A stretch of 64,000 bases of DNA from an uncultured virus (IMG/VR IMGVR_UViG_3300007523_000006) (taxonomy: Duplodnaviria > Heunggongvirae > Uroviricota > Caudoviricetes), in IMG/VR virus record IMGVR_UViG_3300007523_000006, positions 1 through 64,000 of that record. One strand, written 5' to 3'. Made by a program: the position numbers and the translations under genes. This document shows, one piece after another, positions 38,413 through 48,660 of the stretch; positions within the stretch are counted from its first letter, which is position 1, and each line of letters opens with the position of its first letter. The notes under the pieces are model-generated. The model made no database searches. It was not told the origin of the DNA and saw only the letters and a list, made by a program, of their open reading frames with translations.

Positions 38413-41382
38413 ATGGCTGTAATCACAAAATCGTTCCGTGACTTCTTCACTAAGAGTTTTACTGAAGAAAAGGCATACAGAGACTTTGGCACACGACATT
38501 TCAAACTTTTATATGAAATGGCCCAGCGATTTCACAAACTAAACGCAATGCCAGCAAACATTGATGACGACGACCTAGAATTTCTGGGACAGTTCCCTCA
38601 CGACTATTGGATCAAAGCCAAACAAGCTCGCTATCAAATGTTTTTTGATGCTGTGAAGGGTCTTCACAAGAAAAGACATGAAGAACACGGACAGCCAAAA
38701 CTCAAACAAGCCATTATCACTGCCATCGAAACTGGCGAGTATGGACATCTTCAGGGAGTCATTCCTGATCGGAACATCAACCAATTGAAGAGGGTAGGAA
38801 CTACCCTAAGTGCCAAAGAACGTGCCGATGAAGCCGAAAAGCTCTCGCACGATCATGTGAAAGACAAAACGCCTCACATTGATGAACCACAAGGAGAAAT
38901 TCCATTCACACTCAAGGGATCAAGCGACAAGACAGCCACAAGAAAACCTGTGACGTTTATGGCAAAGCCATTTCTTAATCGACTCTATCACAAATTGGAA
39001 ACAACTCCTGGCAATCCTTTTCACCCGGAGTCTGGGCTAAATGGGACGGGCAAGTATGGCCTTGATATGGCTGAACCTATGGATTCAAGAACCATTAAAT
39101 CGCACGACGAAGATGGTGACGAAACTGAAGTCACTTACCCGAATTCTACAGCAGGCATGAAGTTTCCTACGGACTCTCAAATCCGTGACAGAATGATTGA
39201 TTATTTTAATCTTAATGCCCACCGGATGTTCGGTAACTTGCCAGAAGACGCTGAATGGAAGCCCGTTCCTGGAATGCAGGACACTTGGTCTGTAGGGTAT
39301 GTCAGACAAGAGCTTCAAAAAAGAATTGAAGCTCAACTGCGAGTCAGCGGCAAAAAATACGAAAAAGAAAGTGAAATGAGAAAAGAAGCCGCCGACTTAG
39401 TAAAACAGCACATCGTGAAAATGGCTGAATCTGGTCAATTAAAAGGACCGCCGATTCCTGGTCAATTTCCAGATGGCATTCCAATTAAAATTGAGGGCGG
39501 CAAACTTGTGAATCCTCCATTGTATCTTCCGTATCAAATTAAAGATATTAAGATGCGAGATGAAAATGGTGGCGTCAAAGTAGTACAAAAAGCCGTTCCT
39601 GTGGTAAAGCCTGCTCACTTCTTCCGTGAACTCGGAAGTGATGAATCAGATTATGAACACGAATTAGGTGATGATGGTCAGCCAACCGACAAAAGAAAGT
39701 ATGATCCAACTACCGGAGAGCCGGTTTATCGGGTTCCTCAAGAAAAATTGAGGGGACACGAAAGACAATTCGTTCATGTTGGAGATGAAGAGTTTCAAAA
39801 GAAAAAACATCGAGCCGCTGGCGCTATTGATTTCAATAGCGAAACAGAACAGGTTATGCACATAACAAAAGGCGATCCTGGTTGGCAAGAAGCCTGGGAA
39901 AAGGCTTTTGGAGATCAACAAAAAGTTGAGATTGATCGTCGTGGTAATGCTACACCTTCAAATAGCGAATCTGGATTCTACGAAGACATCATCGCTGGCA
40001 TAAATCAATGTTTTAAGAGTAGTCATTGTGGTGGAGCTACGCATCATGAACTTGAAATGTTGAAAAACAACATTGAAGACTTCCATCAAATAGTTGTAAT
40101 TAAAATGCTCAATAGCATGGGCGACCCAAATTTGTACACAAGCTCAGGACGCAAAGCCTTTGCTTACAACAAGGTTTCTTCAATTATGCAGAAAGACCTT
40201 GGAAGTGGTGGTGGAACTCGTCGAAAAAGAAACTTGACACAAACTAGCAGAAACACAAGTTTCAGTGCTGGTGGCGAAAAAAATATTGAAGACGATTTAA
40301 TGGGCCAACTCGCTGGTGGTACGGGTAAAATCCGTGGCAGCAAAAAGCGTGGGAAGGGAGATCGCCAATTCGACACATCGGGAATGAACACTCCTTACAA
40401 TTTGACAAACATGAGAGAAGCCTTGATGCAAATGCAAAAGGATGCTCAAGAGGCCGATTCCACAAGCGATGAAGCAAAGAAATTAAGTCAAAGACAAAGG
40501 GGAACAGAAATCATCAATATGCTTCGGGATGGCATAAAAAAACAAATTGATTTCAAAATGTATTTAACAGATACATTGATTGGATTGTACCAACAAGGAG
40601 GAATGGGTAAAGGCGAAGCAGAACAAGCAGCCCAAGCTCAAATGAAAAGTTGGCAGGACGAAGATGGACATAACTCATCTGAGACGTTGATGGCAGCATT
40701 TCAAAACCACCCACTTGTTCAAAGTGCAATTGGCGCAGCCGGTGAGGATAAAAAACAAGACGGTCAAGTACAACCAACCGACAAAGAGGACAACGCCAAC
40801 GAACAAGAGGCCATGCGATTCTTGCAATCGACATTTGATAAAATGCAGAGTGCAGGTTTTGATGAAGACGACATCAAAGATAAACTATTGGCAAAACCTG
40901 GAGAAAAATACAGTATATTTGTCAAGCAATTGGTCGCACAACAATTTGGCGGCATAAACGATAAAACTACTAAGTTGTTGGATCGTGTACAAGGTGAAAT
41001 CAACAGACGCTTTAAGCTACCATCACCAGCGGCAGCACAAGCGGCCAGAGTTGTCACGACTCCACAAAGCAATGAACTAGCTAAGAAAAAACTAGGACAA
41101 ACGCCAGAAGCAGAAGCGAAGCCAGTTCCAACTGTTGCTCCGACTACAAGAATTCCAACACAACAAGTTCCTATTCCTACTGAAAGTGTAAGTGAATTGT
41201 TCGCTAAGAAAAATTGGCTTGGGCTTGCTCACCATCCAGATTATTTGGGAACACACTCTCCAGTATTAGATGCACAAAAATTGAAGTTGCTAAATCACTT
41301 CAAAACAAACAAGGATAAGTACCAGCAGAATGAGATTGAATCTGCTATTGCGAACCTTGAAAGATCAATAAGGAGAGGTTAA
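38413..41382 (+). CDS. Large (~990 aa) hypothetical protein, candidate internal virion protein
   Basis: Long ORF among neck genes; KSFRDFF N-terminal motif. Confidence 0.8.
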   Translation: MAVITKSFRDFFTKSFTEEKAYRDFGTRHFKLLYEMAQRFHKLNAMPANIDDDDLEFLGQFPHDYWIKAKQARYQMFFDAVKGLHKKRHEEHGQPKLKQAIITAIETGEYGHLQGVIPDRNINQLKRVGTTLSAKERADEAEKLSHDHVKDKTPHIDEPQGEIPFTLKGSSDKTATRKPVTFMAKPFLNRLYHKLETTPGNPFHPESGLNGTGKYGLDMAEPMDSRTIKSHDEDGDETEVTYPNSTAGMKFPTDSQIRDRMIDYFNLNAHRMFGNLPEDAEWKPVPGMQDTWSVGYVRQELQKRIEAQLRVSGKKYEKESEMRKEAADLVKQHIVKMAESGQLKGPPIPGQFPDGIPIKIEGGKLVNPPLYLPYQIKDIKMRDENGGVKVVQKAVPVVKPAHFFRELGSDESDYEHELGDDGQPTDKRKYDPTTGEPVYRVPQEKLRGHERQFVHVGDEEFQKKKHRAAGAIDFNSETEQVMHITKGDPGWQEAWEKAFGDQQKVEIDRRGNATPSNSESGFYEDIIAGINQCFKSSHCGGATHHELEMLKNNIEDFHQIVVIKMLNSMGDPNLYTSSGRKAFAYNKVSSIMQKDLGSGGGTRRKRNLTQTSRNTSFSAGGEKNIEDDLMGQLAGGTGKIRGSKKRGKGDRQFDTSGMNTPYNLTNMREALMQMQKDAQEADSTSDEAKKLSQRQRGTEIINMLRDGIKKQIDFKMYLTDTLIGLYQQGGMGKGEAEQAAQAQMKSWQDEDGHNSSETLMAAFQNHPLVQSAIGAAGEDKKQDGQVQPTDKEDNANEQEAMRFLQSTFDKMQSAGFDEDDIKDKLLAKPGEKYSIFVKQLVAQQFGGINDKTTKLLDRVQGEINRRFKLPSPAAAQAARVVTTPQSNELAKKKLGQTPEAEAKPVPTVAPTTRIPTQQVPIPTESVSELFAKKNWLGLAHHPDYLGTHSPVLDAQKLKLLNHFKTNKDKYQQNEIESAIANLERSIRRG

Positions 41383-41651
41383 TGGCAAGTTGGATGGACT
41401 ACATGAGTAATCCCCGTGGGCATTACTTGAAAAAGACAATGTTTGAAGTGTTACAAGAAAGATATGCACAGAATGAGCAGATTATCGAAAGAATGGGAGT
41501 GACCCTCCTTACAGAAAGTGATCTCACTGCGTTCATGAAAATGGTCGCTGACATTTATGAAATGGCTTACCTGAAAGCCGTCAGTGACCACAAAGAACAA
41601 CTTCAAAAGGCGGGGTTGGTTGCAAGGGTTGTCTCGCCAGGAAGATCATAG
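41382..41651 (+). CDS. Small hypothetical protein
   Basis: TAATG-coupled, GAGG RBS. Confidence 0.7.
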   Translation: MASWMDYMSNPRGHYLKKTMFEVLQERYAQNEQIIERMGVTLLTESDLTAFMKMVADIYEMAYLKAVSDHKEQLQKAGLVARVVSPGRS

Positions 41652-42269
41652 ATCAAAAGAAGGCTGGTGATCTGAAGGTGTTGCCGATAAGACCCAGCCT
41701 CCTCCTTTTTGTTGTTTTCCCTGAACTCTCCACCATCTTTTGTATCCTTGTTTTGGAAACAAAATAGAGCCAGCATTGATTGCGTCGGTGTCTGTCCAGA
41801 TTTCAATAAACAAATCTTGTTGGTTGAGAATCACTCCTTCAAAAGAAATGGGCTTTCCGTATTGAACGGTAGTATAAGAATCGCCATAAAGTGAATCTTT
41901 TCTGTTTCTCAATACGGCTGGCAAGCAATGAATGAAAGTTTTTTCGATTCCACTATCTGTGGATGCTCGAAGTTCTTCTCGCTGAAGATCAGGTTGAACA
42001 ACTGGTTTTCTTTCAACCACTTGTGGCTGAGATTCTGATTTGACTTCAGAAACCTTAATGTCGGCCTTGGCTTTATCTAAAGCAGACAAAAAAGTCTCTC
42101 GGACATCAAAATCGGATGCCAAAGGGGTAACTTGATTAGTATCTTTGGCTGTTTCGCCATCCCACTGCATATTGTGGACCTTGAAGCCTTCCCATATTTC
42201 TTGGGTCTTCATTACTGGATTTGGTCCAGCGAGACGATAGACGCTTCCATCTTTATTTTTCAATGTCAT
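41646..42269 (-). CDS. Probable head-closure-like paralog
   Basis: N-terminus MTLKNKDGSVYRLAG matches the 43021 protein; beta-barrel-like C-terminus. Confidence 0.5.
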   Translation of the reverse strand: MTLKNKDGSVYRLAGPNPVMKTQEIWEGFKVHNMQWDGETAKDTNQVTPLASDFDVRETFLSALDKAKADIKVSEVKSESQPQVVERKPVVQPDLQREELRASTDSGIEKTFIHCLPAVLRNRKDSLYGDSYTTVQYGKPISFEGVILNQQDLFIEIWTDTDAINAGSILFPKQGYKRWWRVQGKQQKGGGWVLSATPSDHQPSFDL

Positions 42270-42332
42270 TGAATATTCAGCCCCTTTATGTTTATATAGA
42301 TTGAAGACAAAAACAAAATAAAAGGATGAATT

Positions 42333-42758
42333 ATGTCGCTAGTGGTTCCAAATATTTCCAATGTTCTCATGCTTCAATACATTGTGAACATGATTGGGCA
42401 AGACGGTGCCGCCGCTCCTGCGGGTGGTCAACGTCTGCTTCGTCTTTTTACAAACAATCTAACACCCGGTAAGTCAACCGTAATTGCAGATGTTACTGAA
42501 GCAACGGCACCTGGTTATGTGCCATACACAATGGTAGGAAGCAGTTGGACAACAACATCAAATTTGGGAGTGAATTCCGCAGTTTACAGTGAACAAACTT
42601 TCGCATTTACGACAGGTGTGACCATTTACGGCTACTACGTTACTACAATTGAAGGTACACCTAGATTATTGTGGGTGGAAAGATTTTCCACGGCTCCGTA
42701 CACTTTGCCAGCAGGCGGTGGCGAGATCGCAATATCCCCACGTTTTACATTAAATTGA
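42333..42758 (+). CDS. Probable virion structural protein
   Basis: LRLFTNN.TP...TEA..GY...W, IYGYYV, ERF; T/G rich. Confidence 0.65.
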   Translation: MSLVVPNISNVLMLQYIVNMIGQDGAAAPAGGQRLLRLFTNNLTPGKSTVIADVTEATAPGYVPYTMVGSSWTTTSNLGVNSAVYSEQTFAFTTGVTIYGYYVTTIEGTPRLLWVERFSTAPYTLPAGGGEIAISPRFTLN

Positions 42759-42782
42759 TTTATATTGACACTTTGACTACTG

Positions 42783-42813
42783 AATGGCGAGAGAGCAATC
42801 TCTCGCCATTTTT
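42783..42813 (+). terminator. Rho-independent terminator
   Basis: AATGGCGAGAGA/TCTCTCGCCATT + T-run. Confidence 0.8.
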
Positions 42814-42832
42814 AATTGTGGATAATTATTTT

Positions 42833-42997
42833 TCATCCACATCTTCCCTGTTTGAATTTGCTAAAGATAACTTTAGCTTCGTTTCCGCATTGGCAACGAA
42901 AAACAACAGGAATTCTATCATTGCTATATGGGCAAAGTAATTCGCATCCATTTTCAATCATGAAAAGAGCAACTTCTTCATTGGTTCTTTTTTTCAT
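42833..42997 (-). pseudogene. Zn-ribbon remnant resembling N-terminal repeat of phage homing endonucleases
   Basis: MKKRTNEEV..GCELL..Y....PVVFRCQCG....FSKFKQGRCG-stop. Confidence 0.55.
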
Positions 42998-43020
42998 TGT
43001 TCCTCCACCATACATACAGC

Positions 43021-43563
43021 ATGACTCTTAAAAATTTGAACGGGACACCGTATCAACTTCGTGGAAGCGTGCAAATGTACGATCCAAATGATCGCACGCA
43101 TGATTTATTTAACCTGTGGGATCAAGAGGCGATCCAACGGGGCGGATCGCCTCTTTACTATTACGAAGTGGTTATTACCCCAAACATGATTGATCCGGTG
43201 TATTTGGAAGCTCGTGGAAAACTGTTTTCAAACAATCCTGTTCAATTATGGTGCAATTACGAGCCGATTCCGTCACAAAACCTAATCAATCAGTTTGGCA
43301 TTGATGCTCCAGATGAAATGAAATTCGAGCTTAACTACCGATCTGTATTACAGAGCATTGGACATCCACCTAAAATTGGATCAAGGTTGTTTACGCCACA
43401 CCTTAGAGAGAATTGGGTTATTGTTCAAAGAAACCTGGGCGAATTCAAATTATGGGGCGCACTCCGTATTGAATTGATTTGCCAACGATTCCAGGAAGAC
43501 GTGGTTACAGGCGAAGGCAAAGTAACACAAAAACAACCAGATTTGAAAATCAAAATCGTTTAA
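43021..43563 (+). CDS. Neck / head-closure protein (T4 gp14-like)
   Basis: E.I..GG..YY, DPVYLE, QFGI...DEM, PKIGSRLFTP; position before gp15/sheath. Confidence 0.8.
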   Translation: MTLKNLNGTPYQLRGSVQMYDPNDRTHDLFNLWDQEAIQRGGSPLYYYEVVITPNMIDPVYLEARGKLFSNNPVQLWCNYEPIPSQNLINQFGIDAPDEMKFELNYRSVLQSIGHPPKIGSRLFTPHLRENWVIVQRNLGEFKLWGALRIELICQRFQEDVVTGEGKVTQKQPDLKIKIV

Positions 43564-43577
43564 TCGAGGATACCACA

Positions 43578-44039
43578 ATGAAATCGTTTTATCAGTTCTA
43601 TCAGAAAATGTTAAAAGAAGCTGCTCCGGGTCAACCTGCTCCGGGTCAACCTGCTCCGGGTCAACCTGCTCCGGGTCAACCTGCTCCGGGTCAACCTGCT
43701 CCGGGTCAACCTGCTCCGGGTCAACCGAATGCTCCTGCTGCTCCGATTCAAGGAGGACAGACAGCCCCTCCAGTACCACCAAATCCAATGTCGGACCCTA
43801 AAGTAGCTCAGGCATTTCAGACTATTTCTGGAATTAAAGATCAGAAAATTCAGCAGGCATTTCAACAATTCCAGAAAGCCGCTGGAATCCAGCCTGGAGG
43901 TTCCCCGCAACAAAGTCCAGCATCGCCGCAAGCTCCGGCTTCTCCAAGTCCAGGACAGCCGCAGGCTCAGCCGCAGGCTCAGCCGCAGGCTCAACCACCG
44001 GCTGGTCAGCCCGGTCAACCACAACAACCTCAAAGGTAG
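43578..44039 (+). CDS. P/Q-rich protein with (APGQP)n repeat, MKSFYQF start
   Basis: GAGG RBS before 43578. Confidence 0.75.
   Translation: MKSFYQFYQKMLKEAAPGQPAPGQPAPGQPAPGQPAPGQPAPGQPAPGQPNAPAAPIQGGQTAPPVPPNPMSDPKVAQAFQTISGIKDQKIQQAFQQFQKAAGIQPGGSPQQSPASPQAPASPSPGQPQAQPQAQPQAQPPAGQPGQPQQPQR
43623..43727. repeat. 15-bp tandem repeat (GCTCCGGGTCAACCT) x7
   Basis: Directly visible. Confidence 0.95.
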
Positions 44040-44146
44040 GTTGAGGCTTGAACAAAGCTGGCCGATGAATGGTGCTGAATAATATTTGTGGTAATTTAGG
44101 TTTAGGGAAAGAAGTTATAGGCGGGCCAATGATAAACACTGGCTGT

Positions 44147-44995
44147 CTATAACTTTTCCTTTTTATCTTGAATGCCTTCATCTTTCCTCTTCATGACCAA
44201 TTTGCCACGGAATTTCTTTTTGTTTTCAATCTTGAGTGCCACAGCTTCAATGAACTCTTGAACGCCTTTCGATCCTTTTTTGGTAAAAACGGCACTTAGC
44301 ACTTTGTATTTGTCATCAAAATTGTGACCTAAGTGGTCATGCCAATCATTGTTGACAAATCTCTTGCAGTATTTACTAAGTTTGTCGTCCGTAGATACTC
44401 GTTGAGACATTTCAGCTACGGTCATTTCTTTGATGTCATAGCTAACTTTCTTTGGAATCACAAGAGCCTGACCATATGGCTCACCCTTCCTGAAGATTAG
44501 AGTTTGCCCAGGCATTGGATTCTTAAATACCACGAAGAAGATTTTTGGCCACCATTCAGTCTGAAGATGACCCGGCAAACAACAAGGAACTGTGTATGTG
44601 GTATCAGTGTAGTACCTTGGGTGACATTCTGTTCTAAGAACGTACCCAGACGGCACTTTAATATCAAGAGCCGATGTCATGCCAAAATGTCCTGGAGCGA
44701 AACACATGAAGGGAGGCAAAGAAACATCAGGACATTCTTTCTGTTCTTCGCTGAAATCACCATTGAACACAACTTGCCCGTCAACCATGTTGACTCGACA
44801 CTCTGTTTCAAATGGGTAACAGAGTTCCAGCCCATAGGTAGCCCCATCGACAAATGGAGGACAATGCCAAGGCTGTGGTTTGTCACCATTTGAATGATCG
44901 TTGGGATCACCAGCCCAACCGGGAATTTGAAGTTTTATTGGTCGAGGAGGAACACCTTTGTACCATGTCCGATATTTGATTTCTAGCTTATCCAT
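44147..44995 (-). CDS. DUF6065-like hypothetical protein
   Basis: WHCPPF..G..YG.EL.YP, GHLQTEWW, FRKGEP. Confidence 0.55.
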   Translation of the reverse strand: MDKLEIKYRTWYKGVPPRPIKLQIPGWAGDPNDHSNGDKPQPWHCPPFVDGATYGLELCYPFETECRVNMVDGQVVFNGDFSEEQKECPDVSLPPFMCFAPGHFGMTSALDIKVPSGYVLRTECHPRYYTDTTYTVPCCLPGHLQTEWWPKIFFVVFKNPMPGQTLIFRKGEPYGQALVIPKKVSYDIKEMTVAEMSQRVSTDDKLSKYCKRFVNNDWHDHLGHNFDDKYKVLSAVFTKKGSKGVQEFIEAVALKIENKKKFRGKLVMKRKDEGIQDKKEKL

Positions 44996-45034
44996 TTTGG
45001 TCCTTACTTGAATACCTAATTGTAGGAGAAAGAA

Positions 45035-46036
45035 ATGAGCAGCACAAATAATCCAAATCACCAGCAGAGGAATTTGAACAATTGCGCAGTTCCAGGAATT
45101 CCCGCAGACGTAAATCTCGATCCTTCTCCTCCGTACTGTGGTAAAGACCCAGAACGGGATGCAGATAATCGAAGAGGAATCAATGACGACAGTTTGAATT
45201 TCCTCAAAGACGAAACAATGAAGAAGACCGGCTTCGGGGCCAGAGTTGATTGCGACCCGATGCAGCGTGGCTTCATTATTAACGACTTGGAGAATCCAGA
45301 GCGAAATGTCCTCTACAGATATTCTAAATCAATTCGTGGCACAGATGAAGCCATGCTGGATATGTTTAACAACATTGTTGTGATTGATGAAGATGGCAAG
45401 GCATGGCCAATTCCCGTGATGCTCGGTCCACCAGAAAAAGCTGTAGCCGCAATCGTACAAGATAATGTTCACAAAGACGAGACGTTGGTTGTTGATCGAC
45501 TGAAGTTGCCATTGCTGGCTTTGACTCAAACACAAATTGATTACGACCTTGATAGATACACCTATCACAAAGCAATCAATCTGTTTCGCAACAGCAACAA
45601 TGACCGTCCAGGTTTGGCGATTAGTGAAAAGTACAACAAAGATACAGTATTTGGTTTAGCAAGAGGCGTTCCAATAAATATTGGATATTCGGTCACGGCA
45701 TGGACTATGTATCGTGAAGATATGAACCAGATAGTAGAACAAATTCTCACAAAATTTAGTCATGCGGCATACATACGAGTAACAGGTGTCCCTTGGGAGG
45801 TCATGATCAAGCTGGACTCTATTGCTAATAACCTGGAAGTTGAACCGGGCGATCAAGCAATTCGAGTAATTAAATACGAATTTAATATGACGGCTCAGAC
45901 CTATATACCTCAACCGATTGAACGCAAGAAGGCAGTCCTAAAAATGAAGATTGACTTTGTTGACGGTATGACCGAGGAAGAAATCACTGAGGTGATGGCG
46001 AGAATAGAAGAATCTGTCAAGGAATTAGAATGTTAG
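45035..46036 (+). CDS. Tail terminator / completion protein (T4 gp15-like)
   Basis: IPVMLGPPEK, LPLLAL, PINIGY, DMNQIVEQIL..F; upstream of sheath. Confidence 0.8.
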   Translation: MSSTNNPNHQQRNLNNCAVPGIPADVNLDPSPPYCGKDPERDADNRRGINDDSLNFLKDETMKKTGFGARVDCDPMQRGFIINDLENPERNVLYRYSKSIRGTDEAMLDMFNNIVVIDEDGKAWPIPVMLGPPEKAVAAIVQDNVHKDETLVVDRLKLPLLALTQTQIDYDLDRYTYHKAINLFRNSNNDRPGLAISEKYNKDTVFGLARGVPINIGYSVTAWTMYREDMNQIVEQILTKFSHAAYIRVTGVPWEVMIKLDSIANNLEVEPGDQAIRVIKYEFNMTAQTYIPQPIERKKAVLKMKIDFVDGMTEEEITEVMARIEESVKELEC

Positions 46037-46251
46037 AGATAAAAAACAAACAGAAATTTCCAGTTCAATTAGTCATAAGGTCGAGGACGGCCCCACGCTC
46101 TTTCACGGTATTGAATGTACCAGGAATAGGTTGCGGAAAAAATATTTATCTTCTCGAAGATGAAAGAGCAACTGAATACATAGATAGAGCAGAAAAGGAT
46201 GGATTGATTTCCACAAGGTACATACCAAACAAGTTAAGAAAGGGAGAATAA
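46030..46251 (+). CDS. Small hypothetical protein
   Basis: Coupled ORF before sheath. Confidence 0.65.
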   Translation: MLEIKNKQKFPVQLVIRSRTAPRSFTVLNVPGIGCGKNIYLLEDERATEYIDRAEKDGLISTRYIPNKLRKGE

Positions 46252-46255
46252 GACT

Positions 46256-48619
46256 ATGGCGATTCTACAGGGGTTCCCGCCTTCTAACACTATTAGCCCA
46301 AGTGTTAGAATCACTGAGAAAGACTTGAGCTACATTGCTCCTGACCAGTCCTTCCACCGTGCGGGCTTGGTCGGTTTTGCATCTAAGGGTCCGATAAATT
46401 TACCGACTCTAATTGCAACAAACCGTCAATTGCACGTTACATTTGGCAATCCGCACCCGGACGTTGGCGATCCATTCCTCATTTACGCAGCCGAGCAATA
46501 TTTGCTTGTTGCCAATGAGCTATTCGTCGTTCGAGTTGCTGATACTGATCCAGTTAGCGACGAGCAGGCATCATCAGCTACGGTTGATGTCCCTGCTGCC
46601 GGTACATTGGTGAAGATTGAATCAGCTTACACCGGGGCTGGCGGGTCATATACGTTTGACGTAGACTCATTCTTCCGTTGGAGACTGAATGGTAATCTAT
46701 CTGCCAAGACACTGGTTGTGTTGGCAGGAACTTACCTAGTTCAAGAAGTTGTTGACGACTTGAATGCACAACTCGACTTTGAGAACGATGGAATTCAGTT
46801 GTACAAGACTGGAACCGGCACAATTGGTGTAAAAACTACTTGGGCATACGGTCCTGACGCTTCATTAGAATTGGTTTCTGTTCAGAATTCCATCTATGGC
46901 AATACCGTTTTGAATGGAAATCCAACTGGACTTGGAACTGGTATGACTCAGGCGACGGTCACTGGCACAACCGCCATGTACCCGAACGTAGGCTATCAGA
47001 CTCCTGGCACCTATGACTTCACAGGTTTGACTGGTCTAAATATTCAAATCGTCTTAGACGGCACAGACAATGTGTTGATCGACGGTATTGTTCAAGTAAT
47101 TGACCTATCTGCTCTCGAAGGCTCCTCAAATGTTATTGCAGACGTTATCACTGCAATCAATGCAGAAAAAATAGAGAATGGTGGAACACTCCCAGGTGGA
47201 TGGACGGCTGTAGCTGTTGGAAACAACGTACAGTTCAACACCAATCACGCTGGAAACGACGCTCGTCTTCGTATTAAGCCAGACAGCACAGCAGAAGCAT
47301 TATTCGGACTCAACACATCCACACACGCTGGCGATAGCCCAGAAGGTGTCACTGGTGCGGTCGGTATCGCAACATACGGTATCGTAACTGGTGCTGTGAA
47401 CAACAGCGGCAGCATCTCGTTCACCATCAATGCTGACAGTCCTGGCATCGAAGGCAATCAGACACAAGTAAGAATCACAAACGACGTTCGTGAAGACCAC
47501 TTCATTATCGAAGTCTTCAATAACGGCGTATCGGTAGAAGCATGGGGCAACTTGACAAAGAACCAGACAAGTCGGTTCTATGTTGAAACCTACATGGCTT
47601 TGGTTTCGGACTTTATCCGAATCAATGACAACACTAGCGAAGGTGCTGGTCCTTTGGACGGTACTTATGGCCTATTAGGTGGATCAGACGGTATTCCTTC
47701 TGATCCAGATGCTCAAGACGCTTTGATTATTGGCAATCAGATTGGCTACACCGGCATGTATACCATGTCCGAGCCAGAACAGATTGACATTGACCTCATC
47801 GCTGCTCCTGGTCACTCCAGCACTAGCGTTGTAACAGCCCTGTTGGACTTCTGCCAGAACACCCGCATGGACTGCTTGGCGATCATCGATCCTCCATTCG
47901 GTCTGACGGTTGGCGAAATTGTAGCATGGCAAAACGGAACTCACCCATTGAACCTCACACGTTTTGACTCGGACTTCGGTGCTTTGTACTGGCCTTGGGT
48001 TAAGATTCGTGACAACTTCAACCGGGTTGACGTATGGGTGCCACCTAGCGGTTCAATTATGGCAGTTATCGCTCGAAGCGATTTCTTGTCTGCTCCTTGG
48101 TTTGCTCCGGCTGGGGCGAACCGTGGTGTCGTTCCGGCGATCACCGACGTTTACAACCGTCCGACGCTTGCCGAGCGTGACTTGATGTATGGAAACCGTA
48201 ACTGCATCAATCCAATCGTTCACTTCAATGATGTTGATGGCTTCTTGGTTTGGGGTCAAAAGACTCTGCAACGCCGACCAACAGCTTTGGATCGTGTTAA
48301 CGTGCGTCGATTGATGTTTTACCTAGAGAAGCGAATTCGCTCTGCGAGCCGTCAGCTTCTATTCGATCCAAACGACGAGACGTTCCAGCGCAAGTTTGTA
48401 AGCATCGCTTCGCAGATTTTGCGTGAGGTTCAGGTAGGTCGGGGCGTTACCGACTTCATCATCAAGGCCGACGCTGAATTGAACACTCCTGATGTAATCG
48501 ACCGTAATGAGTTCCGGGCGCAGATTGGCGTACAGCCAACGAGAGCCGCTGAATTCATCTTCATCGAGTTTTCGATTCACAGAACGGGTAGCTTCACAGA
48601 GAACGCAGATACCTTCTAA
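46256..48619 (+). CDS. Contractile tail sheath protein (gp18-like)
   Basis: SPSVRITEKD, GPIN.PT, YWPW, VPPSG, PWFAPAG..RG, INPI, WGQKTL, RVNVRRL, PTRAAEFI. Confidence 0.97.
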   Translation: MAILQGFPPSNTISPSVRITEKDLSYIAPDQSFHRAGLVGFASKGPINLPTLIATNRQLHVTFGNPHPDVGDPFLIYAAEQYLLVANELFVVRVADTDPVSDEQASSATVDVPAAGTLVKIESAYTGAGGSYTFDVDSFFRWRLNGNLSAKTLVVLAGTYLVQEVVDDLNAQLDFENDGIQLYKTGTGTIGVKTTWAYGPDASLELVSVQNSIYGNTVLNGNPTGLGTGMTQATVTGTTAMYPNVGYQTPGTYDFTGLTGLNIQIVLDGTDNVLIDGIVQVIDLSALEGSSNVIADVITAINAEKIENGGTLPGGWTAVAVGNNVQFNTNHAGNDARLRIKPDSTAEALFGLNTSTHAGDSPEGVTGAVGIATYGIVTGAVNNSGSISFTINADSPGIEGNQTQVRITNDVREDHFIIEVFNNGVSVEAWGNLTKNQTSRFYVETYMALVSDFIRINDNTSEGAGPLDGTYGLLGGSDGIPSDPDAQDALIIGNQIGYTGMYTMSEPEQIDIDLIAAPGHSSTSVVTALLDFCQNTRMDCLAIIDPPFGLTVGEIVAWQNGTHPLNLTRFDSDFGALYWPWVKIRDNFNRVDVWVPPSGSIMAVIARSDFLSAPWFAPAGANRGVVPAITDVYNRPTLAERDLMYGNRNCINPIVHFNDVDGFLVWGQKTLQRRPTALDRVNVRRLMFYLEKRIRSASRQLLFDPNDETFQRKFVSIASQILREVQVGRGVTDFIIKADAELNTPDVIDRNEFRAQIGVQPTRAAEFIFIEFSIHRTGSFTENADTF

Positions 48620-48660
48620 CAAACTGGCTCATATAGAGAGTAGACCACAAGGAGATAATT

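Noticed and set aside
43450..44181. Minus-strand ORFs with VDPEQ / RLTRS repeats
   Set aside because: Shadows of the 15-bp repeat; the plus-strand gene has the RBS and tag motif
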